64,000 nt of DNA, taken from contig CAYPZP010000002.1 of assembly GCA_964415285.1 (NCBI GenBank), positions 11,595-75,594 on the forward strand. Direction: 5' to 3'. A program made the translations under genes and the position numbers. Below, in pieces: positions 21,475 to 31,367 of the stretch. Under the pieces are notes generated by a model. That model did no database searches, was not told where the DNA came from, and was given only the letters and a program-made list of their open reading frames with translations. The stretch's first letter is position 1. The number at the start of each line of letters is the position of its first letter. The stretch comes from an uncultured Halomonas sp. Lineage in GTDB: Bacteria > Pseudomonadota > Gammaproteobacteria > Xanthomonadales > Wenzhouxiangellaceae.

Positions 21475-22485
21475 ATGCTTGAATCCGGCGATCCTGCAGC
21501 GTCGGCGCAGGAACATCCGTTCGATCGTCTGCGTCCGGAACGCGTGCTGGAAGCAGCCGAAGCGGCGGGGTTGGAGACCGACGGTCGCCTGCTGGCCCTC
21601 AACAGCTACGAAAACCGCGTCTGGCAGATCGGCCTGGAAGCGCGCGAGCCGGTCATCGCCAAGTTCTACCGCCCGGGGCGATGGAGCGATGAATCGATCC
21701 TCGAAGAACACGCGTTTACCGCGGAGTTGAAGCAATCCGGCTTGTCCGTCGTCGCGCCGATCGCGTTCGGCGGCCGGACCCTGCACGAGCATGCCGGATT
21801 CCGCTACGCACTGTTCCCGCGAAGAGGCGGGCACGCGCCGGAGCCGGCGCACCAGGAAACGCTGCGCGCGATCGGCCGGGCGCTGGGGCGGCTGCATGCG
21901 GTTGGTCGGGCCGGCAGGTTCCGGCACCGTGGCGAAATCTCGATCGACCGGCTGGGACGCGCGCAGAGGGACTGGCTGCTGGAGCACGACTGGCTGCCGC
22001 CCCACCTCGAGACACCGTTTCGGACACTGACCGGCGACTTGCTGGATCACTGCGAGTCCGCCTGGCAGCGCACCGGCGAGCCGACCGCCATCCGGCTGCA
22101 CGGCGACTGCCACCCCGGCAACATCCTGTGGCGCGACGGGCCGCACTTCGTCGACCTCGACGACTGCCGCACCGGGCCGGCGGTACAGGACCTGTGGATG
22201 CTGATTTCCGGCGAACGCACCGAACGCGAACAGCAGTGGGGCTGGCTTCTGGATGAATACGCGATGTTCAGCGACTTCGACCCGCGCGAGCTCCATCTCG
22301 TCGAAGCACTGCGCGCGCTGCGCATGATCCACTACCAGGCATGGCTGGCCCAACGCTGGGACGACCCCGCGTTCCCGGCCGCATTCCCGTGGTTCGACGA
22401 TGACCGCCACTGGGAAAACGTCATCGGCCAGCTGCGCGAACAGCTTTCGGAACTGCAGGAACCGCCGGTGCAGTGGCATCGGTAG
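21475..22485 (+). CDS. srkA: Stress response kinase A (YihE/RdoA)
   Basis: LNSYENRV, KFYRPGRW, LHGDCHPGNIL, VDLDD, AVQDLWM, RWDDPAFP. Confidence 0.93.
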   Translation: MLESGDPAASAQEHPFDRLRPERVLEAAEAAGLETDGRLLALNSYENRVWQIGLEAREPVIAKFYRPGRWSDESILEEHAFTAELKQSGLSVVAPIAFGGRTLHEHAGFRYALFPRRGGHAPEPAHQETLRAIGRALGRLHAVGRAGRFRHRGEISIDRLGRAQRDWLLEHDWLPPHLETPFRTLTGDLLDHCESAWQRTGEPTAIRLHGDCHPGNILWRDGPHFVDLDDCRTGPAVQDLWMLISGERTEREQQWGWLLDEYAMFSDFDPRELHLVEALRALRMIHYQAWLAQRWDDPAFPAAFPWFDDDRHWENVIGQLREQLSELQEPPVQWHR

Positions 22486-22659
22486 TGGTTCGTTGGTTTG
22501 TTGGTTCGTTGGTTCGTTGGTTCGTTGATTCGTTGTTCGCTGCGACGACGGCTGAGCGTTCGGTCGCGGAACCGAAAGACTTTTGATTATGTGGCTGGGC
22601 GCACCGTTGTCAACACACCCAGGAAACGAACAACGAACTCACCAACCAACGAACAACGA
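22486..22659. repeat. Octamer tandem repeat (TGGTTCGT, about 6.5 copies) with inverted degenerate copies (CGAACAACGA...)
   Basis: 22486-22539 tandem array; 22625-22659 reverse-complement units; lies between the convergent srkA and maeB genes. Confidence 0.85.
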
Positions 22660-22668
22660 GTCCGGCAA

Positions 22669-24960
22669 CTAACGGCTTGCTTCCTGCTCCCGCTCGAACT
22701 GCTGCGCGTCGTAAACCGCGATCGCGGTCATGTTGACGACCCGCCGCACCGTGGCCGACGGCGTCAGCACGTGGGCCGGCCTGCCCACGCCCATCAGGAT
22801 CGGGCCGACGCTGACGCCCTTGCCGATGATGCGCGTCATGCCGAACGCGATATGCGCGGCATCCTGGTCGGGCATGATGAACAGGTTGGCCTGGCCGGAG
22901 AGTTTCGAATTCGGAAACACGCGCTCTCGAATGCCCGGAATGAGCGCCGCATCGGCGCGCATCTCGCCCTCGACCTCCAGCTCCGGCGCGCGTTCCCGGA
23001 CCAGTTTCAGCACCTTGCGCATCTTCGAGGCCATCTCGTTGAAATGGCTGCCGAAGGATGAATGCGACAGCAGCGCGATCTTGGGCTGGATACCGAACAT
23101 CCGGACCTTGTCGGCGGCCATGATGGTCAGTTCCGCGAGCTGCTCCGCGGTCGGGTCGGGATTGACGTGCGTATCGCAGACGAAGTACGTGCCCTCGTCG
23201 TTGGTCATTGCCGAGAGCGCACCCATGGTGGTGCAACCTTGACGCCGACCGAGCACTTCGGTCACGTAGGTCAGCTTCTTGTGGTAGCGGCCGACGACGC
23301 CGCAGATCAGCGCATCGGCTTCGCCACGGTAGACCATGATGGCCGCGATCACCGTGTTGCGCGTTCTGACGATGGCCTTGGCCGAATCCGGCGTCACGCC
23401 GCGGCGCTCGGTGATCCGGTGAAAGGTCGTCCAGTAGTCCTTGAAGCGCGGATCCGACTCCGGATTGACCAGCTCGAAGTGTTCCCCCGGACGAATCCGC
23501 AAACCGGCGCGCTCGATGCGCATGTCCACCACCGATGGGCGACCGACCAGGATCGGATAGGCCAGGCCGTCGTCGACGATGTTCTGGACCGCACGCAGAA
23601 CGGTTTCTTCCTCGCCCTCGGCGAACACCACGCGCCGGGGATCGTGCCTTGCGGCTTCGAAGACCGGTTTCATCAACAGCCCGGTGCGAAACACGTATTG
23701 CTCGAGGCGCTCGCGGTAGGCTTCGAGGTCGTCCAGCGGGCGAGACGCCACGCCGGAGTCGATCGCCGCCTTTGCGACCGCGGGCGCGAGCTGCGTCAGC
23801 AACCGCGGATCGAACGGCTGGGGAATGAGGTAATCCGGACCGAAGCGCGTCTCGGCATCGCCGTAGGCCTTTGCCGCGACATCGGAAGACTCCATTCGCG
23901 CCAGTTCCGCGATCGCGTGCACGCAGGCCATCTTCATCTCGTCGTTGATCGTGCTGGCGCCGACATCCAGCGCACCGCGGAAGATGTAGGGAAAGCAGAG
24001 CACATTGTTGACCTGATTCGGAAAATCCGAGCGACCGGTCGCGATCAACGCGTCGGGACGCGCTTCGCGGGCCACGTCCGGCATGATCTCCGGCACGGGA
24101 TTGGCCAGCGCCAGGATGATCGGCTTCCGGGCCATGCGCTTGACCATCTCCGGCTTGAGCACGCCAGGCGCGGAAACGCCGAGGAAGATGTCGGCCTTGT
24201 CGATCACCTCGTCGAGCGTGCGTGCGCGCGTGTCGACTGCATAGTCCGCCTTGCGCCCTTCCATGTCGGACTCCCGGCCCTTGTAGACCACCCCTTCGCG
24301 ATCGCACACGACGATGTTCTCCTTTTTCAGGCCCATCGTCACGAGCAGATCCAGGCACGCCATGCCCGCGGCGCCGGCGCCGGAAGCCACCAGGCGGCAG
24401 CGCTCCAGCTTCTTTCGAACCAGTTGCAGCGCGTTGACCACCGCGGCCGCGGTGATGATCGCGGTCCCGTGCTGGTCGTCGTGGAACACCGGAATGTCCA
24501 TGCGCTCCTTGAGCGCCTGCTCGACGTGGAAGCACTCCGGCGCCTTGATGTCTTCGAGGTTGATGCCGCCGAAGGTCGGCTCGAGACTGGCGATGATTTC
24601 GATCAGGCGGTCGGGATCGGACTCGTCGATCTCGACGTCGAACACGTCGATATCGGCAAACTTCTTGAACAGCACCGCCTTGCCTTCCATCACCGGCTTG
24701 GCCGCCAGCGGGCCGATGTTGCCGAGACCGAGCACCGCCGAACCGTTCGAGATCACCGCCACCAGGTTGCCCCTGGAGGTGTAATCGCGCGCGGTCAGGG
24801 GATTCTCGGCGATGGCGCGACTGGCCGCCGCCACGCCGGGCGAATAGGCCAGCGCCAGGTCCTTCTGCGTGGTCAGGGCCTTGGTCGGCGTGATCGTGAT
24901 CTTGCCCGGCGTCGGGTAGCGGTGATACTCCAGCGCCTGGTCGTCGAATTTATCGGACAT
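22669..24960 (-). CDS. maeB: NADP-dependent malic enzyme with phosphotransacetylase domain
   Basis: LAYSPGV, GLGNIG, KPVMEGK, INLEDI, HDDQHGT, GAGAAG, TGRSD.PNQVNN; C-terminal PTA domain (VFAEGE, EGEM.AD). Confidence 0.97.
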   Translation of the reverse strand: MSDKFDDQALEYHRYPTPGKITITPTKALTTQKDLALAYSPGVAAASRAIAENPLTARDYTSRGNLVAVISNGSAVLGLGNIGPLAAKPVMEGKAVLFKKFADIDVFDVEIDESDPDRLIEIIASLEPTFGGINLEDIKAPECFHVEQALKERMDIPVFHDDQHGTAIITAAAVVNALQLVRKKLERCRLVASGAGAAGMACLDLLVTMGLKKENIVVCDREGVVYKGRESDMEGRKADYAVDTRARTLDEVIDKADIFLGVSAPGVLKPEMVKRMARKPIILALANPVPEIMPDVAREARPDALIATGRSDFPNQVNNVLCFPYIFRGALDVGASTINDEMKMACVHAIAELARMESSDVAAKAYGDAETRFGPDYLIPQPFDPRLLTQLAPAVAKAAIDSGVASRPLDDLEAYRERLEQYVFRTGLLMKPVFEAARHDPRRVVFAEGEEETVLRAVQNIVDDGLAYPILVGRPSVVDMRIERAGLRIRPGEHFELVNPESDPRFKDYWTTFHRITERRGVTPDSAKAIVRTRNTVIAAIMVYRGEADALICGVVGRYHKKLTYVTEVLGRRQGCTTMGALSAMTNDEGTYFVCDTHVNPDPTAEQLAELTIMAADKVRMFGIQPKIALLSHSSFGSHFNEMASKMRKVLKLVRERAPELEVEGEMRADAALIPGIRERVFPNSKLSGQANLFIMPDQDAAHIAFGMTRIIGKGVSVGPILMGVGRPAHVLTPSATVRRVVNMTAIAVYDAQQFEREQEASR

Positions 24961-25121
24961 GCGATGCCTTGATCTCGATTGGTGGTTCGCAGGGACGGTG
25001 GAATCGCCGATCGGCGGAAGACGCCGTCGACACCGGATTTCCGGATTTCACGACACGGCTTTCGGCAGGCACGTTCGGCGTCGTGCCCGCCGAAAACCGG
25101 TCACTGCAATCTCGAAAACGA

Positions 25122-26144
25122 TCAGCCTTCGAGATCGTCGCTCCATTCACCCTTCGCCGCCAGGCCGTTCATGCGCGCCCGGTGCAGCAGGATCTTCTGC
25201 GCCTCGGCCACGTTGCCCTTCGGATCCTGTGCCCATTTGTGCAGGCACGCCGCCTGCAGCGCCCGGCCGTAACTAAACGACAGCGGCCAGGGCAGATCGC
25301 CGAGCTTGTTCATCGCGTCGAGGTGCGCGGTCGCTTCCACATCGCCCTGACCGCCGGACAGGAACACGATGCCGGCGACCGCGGCCGGCACCGAGTTGAG
25401 CAGGCAGTCGACCGTCGACTCGGCGACATCCTCGGCCCCGGCCCGGTCATCGGCCGCATCACCCGAGATCACCATCGACGCCTTCAGCACCGTACCTTCG
25501 AGCAGCACGTTGTGCTCGTAGAGCTGCGCGAACAGCGACTTCAGCGTCGCTTCGGTGACGTCGAAGCTGGTATCGAGGTCGTGCGTTCCATTCATCAGCA
25601 CCTCGGGCTCGACGATCGGCACCAGACCGGCTTCCTGGCACAGCGCGGCGTAGCGCGCCAGCGCGTGCGTGTTCGACTCGATGCAGGTCCGCGAAGGGAT
25701 GTCGTCGCCGATCGTGATCACCGCACGCCACTTGCAGAATCGCGCGCCCAGTTCGACGTATTCGGCCAGCCGCTCACGCAGGCCATCCAGTCCCTCGGTC
25801 ACCTTCTCGCCCTCGAAGCCGGCGAGTGCCTTGGCGCCCTTGTCGACCTTGATCCCGGGCAGCACGCCGGCTTCGTTCATGACGTCCACCAGGCGCTTGC
25901 CGTCGGCGGTCGACTGGCGGAGGGTTTCGTCGAACAGGATGGCACCCGAAATATGCTCGCCGATCCCGTCGGCCGTGAGCATCATCGCGCGGTAATCGCG
26001 CCGATGCTCCTCGGTGTTTTCGACTCCCACCGAATCGAAGCGCTTCTTGATCGTTCCCATCGATTCATCGATGGCCAGAATGCCGCGCCCGGGCGCCACC
26101 ATGGCCTGCGCGGTTGTCACGAGTTTTTCCAGGTTTTCGCTCAC
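25122..26144 (-). CDS. Class I fructose-bisphosphate aldolase
   Basis: GILAIDES, GIKVDKG, KWRAV, VPIVEPE, FLSGGQ, FSYGRALQ; GTG start with GGAGGAG RBS. Confidence 0.95.
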   Translation of the reverse strand: MSENLEKLVTTAQAMVAPGRGILAIDESMGTIKKRFDSVGVENTEEHRRDYRAMMLTADGIGEHISGAILFDETLRQSTADGKRLVDVMNEAGVLPGIKVDKGAKALAGFEGEKVTEGLDGLRERLAEYVELGARFCKWRAVITIGDDIPSRTCIESNTHALARYAALCQEAGLVPIVEPEVLMNGTHDLDTSFDVTEATLKSLFAQLYEHNVLLEGTVLKASMVISGDAADDRAGAEDVAESTVDCLLNSVPAAVAGIVFLSGGQGDVEATAHLDAMNKLGDLPWPLSFSYGRALQAACLHKWAQDPKGNVAEAQKILLHRARMNGLAAKGEWSDDLEG

Positions 26145-26255
26145 TTCGACTCCTCCCGATACGGTCATGGACCCCCGCGCACGCAGGCCGGCGCGATTCA
26201 CCCGTTATTGTAATGGATTGGCGCATCCGGTCCGCCGGACCTGCGGCCATGACGA

Positions 26256-27722
26256 TCAGCGCATGTCGAATTGCCGCTGCGGGCCGTTTTCGACCGACTC
26301 GCCTGCACTGACGATCTTCATCGTGTTGGTTCCGCCCTCGATTCCCTGCTCGTCGCCGAGCGTGAGAATGACGCGGCTGCCCGGCGCAACCAGCCCGGCA
26401 TCGACCACCCGCTCCAGCGCATGTTGCGCGGCATCGGCGGGATCGACGTCGTCGCCGGCGAAGAACAGCGGACGGACGTGCTGGAACAGGCGCATCCGGC
26501 GCAGGCTGGCACGGTTCGGCGACAGCGCGATGATCGGCACCGGCGAACGAACCCGCGAAAGCCACTGCGCGGTCGAGCCGGACTCGGTCAACGCGACAAT
26601 GGCCTGTACCGGAAGGTTATTGGCGGTGATCATTGCGGCCATCGCGATGGCCTGGTCGGTCCGCTCGGGTTTGATGTTGAGCCGACGCTGCGGGATATGC
26701 GCCTGGACATGGCGCTCGGCGCCCTCGCAGATCCGCGCCATGGCCTCGATCACGCGCGCCGGATGGCGGCCTACGGCGGTCTCGGCCGACAACATGACCG
26801 CATCGGTTCCGTCGATGACCGCGTTGGCGACATCCAGCACCTCGGCGCGCGTGGGAATCGGACTTTCGACCATCGACTGCATCATCTGCGTGGCCGTGAT
26901 CACCGGGCGGTTGAGCTCCAGCGACTTGGCGATGATGCGTTTTTGCAGCCCGGGCAGTTCGGCCTCGCCGATCTCCACGCCCAGGTCGCCGCGCGCGACC
27001 AGCACCGCATCGGACGCCTCGACCACGGAATCGAGATTCTCAATCGCCTCGGTCCGCTCGATCTTGGCGACCAGGTAGGCCTCGCCACCGGCGCGCCGAA
27101 GCAGCTTGCGCGCGCGCTCGATGTCCTCGGCCGATCGCGGAAACGAAACGGCCAGGTAGTCGACCTGCCATTCGGCCGCCAGCCGGATGTCGCCTTCGTC
27201 GGCCTCGGAGATCCCGGGCAGCGACAATCCGCCGCCGCGCAGGTTGAGTCCCTTGCGATCGGACAGGCGGCCGCTGGTCAGCACCGTGCACACGATGCGC
27301 GGACCTTCGACGCGCTCGACCCGCATGGCCATCAAGCCGTCGTCGAGAAGCAGTTCCGAACCCGGCTCGACGTCGCCGGGCAGCCCGAGATAGGCCACGC
27401 CCACCGCGCGCTCGTCGCCGGGCGGCGCCCGGTCTTCGGCGATCAACGTGAAGCGCTGGCCAGCGTCGAGCTGAACCGAGCCGTCGCGAAACCGGTCGAT
27501 GCGGATCTTCGGACCCGAAAGGTCGGCCAGTACCGCGACATCGGTATCGAGTTCGCGGGCGACCGCCCGGACGCGGCGGATCCGCCCGGAGTGCGTTGCT
27601 TCGTTCCCGTGGGAGAAGTTGACCCGGACCACGTCGCAACCTGCGCGGATCAGCGCCTCGAGCACTTCGGGCTCATCGGTCGCCGGTCCCAGCGTGGCCA
27701 CGATCTTGGTTCTTCGTCTCAT
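26256..27722 (-). CDS. pyk: Pyruvate kinase
   Basis: RTKIVATLGPA, NFSHG, DLSGPKIR, AKIE, VARGDLGVE, ATQM, DAVMLSAET, TNTMKI. Confidence 0.97.
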   Translation of the reverse strand: MRRRTKIVATLGPATDEPEVLEALIRAGCDVVRVNFSHGNEATHSGRIRRVRAVARELDTDVAVLADLSGPKIRIDRFRDGSVQLDAGQRFTLIAEDRAPPGDERAVGVAYLGLPGDVEPGSELLLDDGLMAMRVERVEGPRIVCTVLTSGRLSDRKGLNLRGGGLSLPGISEADEGDIRLAAEWQVDYLAVSFPRSAEDIERARKLLRRAGGEAYLVAKIERTEAIENLDSVVEASDAVLVARGDLGVEIGEAELPGLQKRIIAKSLELNRPVITATQMMQSMVESPIPTRAEVLDVANAVIDGTDAVMLSAETAVGRHPARVIEAMARICEGAERHVQAHIPQRRLNIKPERTDQAIAMAAMITANNLPVQAIVALTESGSTAQWLSRVRSPVPIIALSPNRASLRRMRLFQHVRPLFFAGDDVDPADAAQHALERVVDAGLVAPGSRVILTLGDEQGIEGGTNTMKIVSAGESVENGPQRQFDMR

Positions 27723-27955
27723 GCCGACGAGTCTAGTGCACCTCGCCTTTCGGTTTGTGCCCTTCAAGGCCTCACCGAGTCGCCGGCAGGCGCGAACATC
27801 GGTCCATGCGGCGTACTGCGCGCGTCGCAGCGCCGGGATGTCGTCCCGTATGCGCTGCCGGGTGCCGATCCGCCGCGGGGCCTCGATCGGTCTCGGCTCT
27901 TTCTGGCACTGCAAAGATGTCCTATCCTTCAGCATCCCTCCAGCGCGCCATTCTC

Positions 27956-30295
27956 ATGGGTGAACGGCCCGACGACCGAACCGAGCATCAACGCCGACCC
28001 GACCGCACCCTCGTCGACGAAGACGCGCTGAGCGGCATCGGCCCGTATCGCTTCATCGAGCCGCTGGGTCGGGGCGGCATGGGATCGGTGTGGCTGGCCG
28101 AGCAGCTCGAACCGGTCCGACGCAAGGTCGCCGTCAAGCTCATCCACGATTCGAAGCTGACGTCGCTGGATCGAGCGCTGTTCGAAGTCGAGCGCCAGAC
28201 CCTGGCCCGGATGTCGCATCCTTACGTGGCGCAGGTCTACGATGCCGGCAAGACCGAGCAAGGTCGTCCCTGGTTCGCGATGGAGTGGGTGGCCGGCGAA
28301 CCGATCAGCGACTATTGCGCCGAGGGCGCGCTATCCCTGCGCGATCGCGTGCGAGTGTTCGTGCGCGTCTGTCTCGGCGTGCACCACGCGCACCAGCGCG
28401 GCATCATTCACCGCGACCTGAAACCGGCCAACGTGCTGGTCCGCCGGATCGACGGCGAGCATATTCCCAAGATCATCGATTTCGGTGTCGCGACCCGCCT
28501 CGTCGGCGACGGCGATCAACGCCGGGCAACCAGCACCGACCGCGTCGGCACGCGCGCCTACATGAGCCCGGAGCAGCACGACGGCGACGCCGGCCGCCTG
28601 GACACGCGCAGCGACATCTATGCACTCGGCGTGATGCTGTTCGAACTGCTCAGCGGCGAGCGCCCGCCGGATACGTCGGACAGCGGCACGCTGCACACCT
28701 TTCACGCGGCGCTGGGGCGACGATCCGCCCGCGCCGCCCGCGCCGGCGCGACCGACGCGCGGCCTTTCGCCGCCGCCGCATCGCTGGACCGCGAGCTGCG
28801 CTGCATCCTGGCAAAAGCGCTGGCGCCCGAACGCGACGGCCGTTACGCCTCGGCCGACGAGTTCGCGCGCGACCTCCAGCGCTGGCTGGCCGGCGAAACC
28901 GTCGCCGCGGTACCGCCGAGCCGAAGTTATCGATGGCGCAAGTTCCTCGCGCGCCATCGCCTGGCGATCAGCGCCGGCGCAATTGCATCGGTCGCAGTGG
29001 TGGCCGGCCTGGTGCTGGCCGTCTGGGGCCTGTTGCAGGCTCAGGCCGAACGCGATCGGGCGCAGGCAGCGGCACTCCGCGCCGAACAGACCGCGGCATT
29101 CGTCTCCGGCATTCTGGGTTCGATCGATCCGGTCTTCGCCAGCGGCGAAGACACGACGCTGCTGCGGCGCGCGCTCGACGAAGCTTCGCAGCGAGCCACC
29201 GAAGAGCTCGGCAACCAACCCGGGATCCTTGCTGAAATCTCGCTGACCATCGGCAACGCCTACATGGGCATCGGCGAGGACTCGAAGGCCGAGGGCTACC
29301 TCGAACGCGCCGCCGAGCTCAGCGCAACCCGGCCCGGTCAGGAACGGCTGACCCTGCGGGCGCGTAATCAGCACGCCGAACTGCAGGGCCGGCTGGGGCG
29401 TGCCGATGAAGGGCTGGCACAAAGCACGGCGCTGCTGGCGAGCGCGCCCGGCGTACTGGAACCGACCGATCCGGTGCGGCTTCAGATCCAGTCGGTCCAT
29501 GCCTACCTGCTGCAGCAGGTCGGTCGCATCGACGATGCCGAGCGGGCCATCCGGCCGGTCATCGGGGTCACCGCCTCGCTGGACGATCCCGAGGTGTTCG
29601 AGATTCGTCTCGACGCGCTTCGGATGCTGGCGCAGATGCACTCCAACCGCGGCGAACTCGACGCGGCACTGGCCGCTTACGGCGATGCGCTCGACGCCTT
29701 GGGCGATGGCGAAGACCCGGTCGCCAGGCTGCACCGCGGCCTGACCCTGAACGACATGGCCGTGGTTCGACTGCGCCAGCAGCGCTATGCCGAAGCCGAG
29801 CCGCTTCTGCGCGAGGCGCTGGCGCTGCACGAAGCGCTCTACGGCAGAGATCATCCGATGACGCGATCGGTGATCAGCAACCTCGGCGGCAGCCTCCGGC
29901 AGCAGGGACGGCCGGCCGACGCGCTGCCGTTCTACCGCAAAGCGCACTCCGGCTTTCTCGATCAGTACGGGATTCGCCATCCGCGCACGCTGATCGCGCA
30001 ATACAACCTCGGCAATTGTTATCGGGACCTGGACCAGCCCATGCGCGCCGTGGAACTCCAGCGCGAGGCGCTGGCCGTGGCGCTCGATCTGATGCCGGAC
30101 GACGAATTCGTGCTCGGCAACTTGCATCTGGGGCTGGGCCGCAGCGAGCTCCGGGCGAACAATGCCGCCGAAGCCCGGCGATTGCTGGCCATCGCCGAGG
30201 AACGGCTGAGCAACGCCGCCGGGGAAGACCACTATCGAACCATCGAGGCGCGAGAATTCCTGGCTCTCGCGCGCCGCGCCGAGGCGGTCGAATGA
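27956..30295 (+). CDS. Hanks-type Ser/Thr kinase with transmembrane helix and TPR array
   Basis: GRGGMG, VAVK, HRDLKPAN, DFG, GTRAYMSPE, SDIYALG; hydrophobic segment followed by TPR repeats. Confidence 0.92.
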   Translation: MGERPDDRTEHQRRPDRTLVDEDALSGIGPYRFIEPLGRGGMGSVWLAEQLEPVRRKVAVKLIHDSKLTSLDRALFEVERQTLARMSHPYVAQVYDAGKTEQGRPWFAMEWVAGEPISDYCAEGALSLRDRVRVFVRVCLGVHHAHQRGIIHRDLKPANVLVRRIDGEHIPKIIDFGVATRLVGDGDQRRATSTDRVGTRAYMSPEQHDGDAGRLDTRSDIYALGVMLFELLSGERPPDTSDSGTLHTFHAALGRRSARAARAGATDARPFAAAASLDRELRCILAKALAPERDGRYASADEFARDLQRWLAGETVAAVPPSRSYRWRKFLARHRLAISAGAIASVAVVAGLVLAVWGLLQAQAERDRAQAAALRAEQTAAFVSGILGSIDPVFASGEDTTLLRRALDEASQRATEELGNQPGILAEISLTIGNAYMGIGEDSKAEGYLERAAELSATRPGQERLTLRARNQHAELQGRLGRADEGLAQSTALLASAPGVLEPTDPVRLQIQSVHAYLLQQVGRIDDAERAIRPVIGVTASLDDPEVFEIRLDALRMLAQMHSNRGELDAALAAYGDALDALGDGEDPVARLHRGLTLNDMAVVRLRQQRYAEAEPLLREALALHEALYGRDHPMTRSVISNLGGSLRQQGRPADALPFYRKAHSGFLDQYGIRHPRTLIAQYNLGNCYRDLDQPMRAVELQREALAVALDLMPDDEFVLGNLHLGLGRSELRANNAAEARRLLAIAEERLSNAAGEDHYRTIEAREFLALARRAEAVE

Positions 30296-30304
30296 AGCCC
30301 GGTT

Positions 30305-30322
30305 CGACCGCTTCGGCGGTCG
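30305..30322 (+). other. Stable C-UUCG-G tetraloop hairpin
   Basis: CGACCGC-TTCG-GCGGTCG just after the kinase stop, followed by TATACT (30328-30333). Confidence 0.55.
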
Positions 30323-30370
30323 CTGCGTATACTCACGGGAATCTCGACCACGACCCGACCCGCTGACGAA

Positions 30371-31270
30371 ATGGAGAACGACACCGATCGCGACTGCACC
30401 ATGGACCTGGAAACGCGCTCCGGCAACCCCGCCGCGGCGGACGGGGACAACGATGCCTGTCTGGTGGTCATCAGCGGCGAGCATCTGGGCGCGCGGATCG
30501 TTCCCGATCGAGAAGGGGCCGTGATCGGACGCGACGTGGATTGCGATTTCCGGATTCCCGAGCGCTCGGTATCGCGCAGGCACTGTCGCATCGCGCTGGA
30601 GCAGGGCTGCTATTGGCTCGAGGACCTGGGTTCCACCAACGGCACATTCGTCAACAACCAGGCGATCCAGCACGTACCCTTGCGCGACGGCGACCACCTG
30701 CGCATCAGCGACACCACGCTGAAGTTCATCGCGGCGGGCAACATCGAAGCCCATTACCATTCCGAGCTGCACGAAAGCACCATCCGCGATCCGCTGACCG
30801 GCCTGTTCAACCGACGACACGCGGTGGCGGTACTGCAGAGCGAGACCGGCCGGGCGGCCCAGCAGCCCGACTACCGCTTCAGCCTGATCCTGTTCGATAT
30901 CGACTACTTCAAACCGATCAACGATCGCCACGGCCATCTGGCCGGCGACCGCGTGCTGAAACAACTCAGCGCTGTGGCGCAGGAGCGGGTTCGGAGCGGA
31001 GACACGCTGGCGCGGGTTGGCGGCGAGGAGTTTGCGCTGATCCTGCCGGGCACCGGCAGCCGGAACGCGATCCAGGTCGCCAATGCCGTGTGCGAGCGCG
31101 TAGCGGCCGAGCGCTTCGACATCGGCAACGATAGCGTCTCGATCACGCTGTCCGGCGGCGTCGCCGAGTGGCAGGCCGACATGGGCGGTCTCGACGACCT
31201 GCTCCAGGCGGCCGATCGCAACCTGTATCGCGCCAAGGACACCGGTCGCAACCAGGTCGTCGCAAGCTGA
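30371..31270 (+). CDS. FHA-GGDEF diguanylate cyclase
   Basis: FHA IGR, VSRRH, DLGSTNGTFVN; DPLTGLFNRR, DIDYFK.IND..GH..GD, RSGD I-site, GGEEF. Confidence 0.93.
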   Translation: MENDTDRDCTMDLETRSGNPAAADGDNDACLVVISGEHLGARIVPDREGAVIGRDVDCDFRIPERSVSRRHCRIALEQGCYWLEDLGSTNGTFVNNQAIQHVPLRDGDHLRISDTTLKFIAAGNIEAHYHSELHESTIRDPLTGLFNRRHAVAVLQSETGRAAQQPDYRFSLILFDIDYFKPINDRHGHLAGDRVLKQLSAVAQERVRSGDTLARVGGEEFALILPGTGSRNAIQVANAVCERVAAERFDIGNDSVSITLSGGVAEWQADMGGLDDLLQAADRNLYRAKDTGRNQVVAS

Positions 31271-31305
31271 CGCCCCGCTCACTTCGCCGTCCTGCCGATC
31301 CATCG

Positions 31306-31338
31306 AAAAAGCCCGGCGACCTTGCGGCCGCCGGGCTT
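31306..31338 (-). terminator. Rho-independent terminator, possibly bidirectional
   Basis: AAGCCCGGCG / CGCCGGGCTT stem with a U5 tail on the minus strand, between convergent genes. Confidence 0.75.
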
Positions 31339-31367
31339 GATGCTTCTTCGCCGGTTTCAGCGAAGAA

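Noticed and set aside
22486-22659. CRISPR array
   Set aside because: Units are 8 bp and contiguous, with no spacers and no cas genes.
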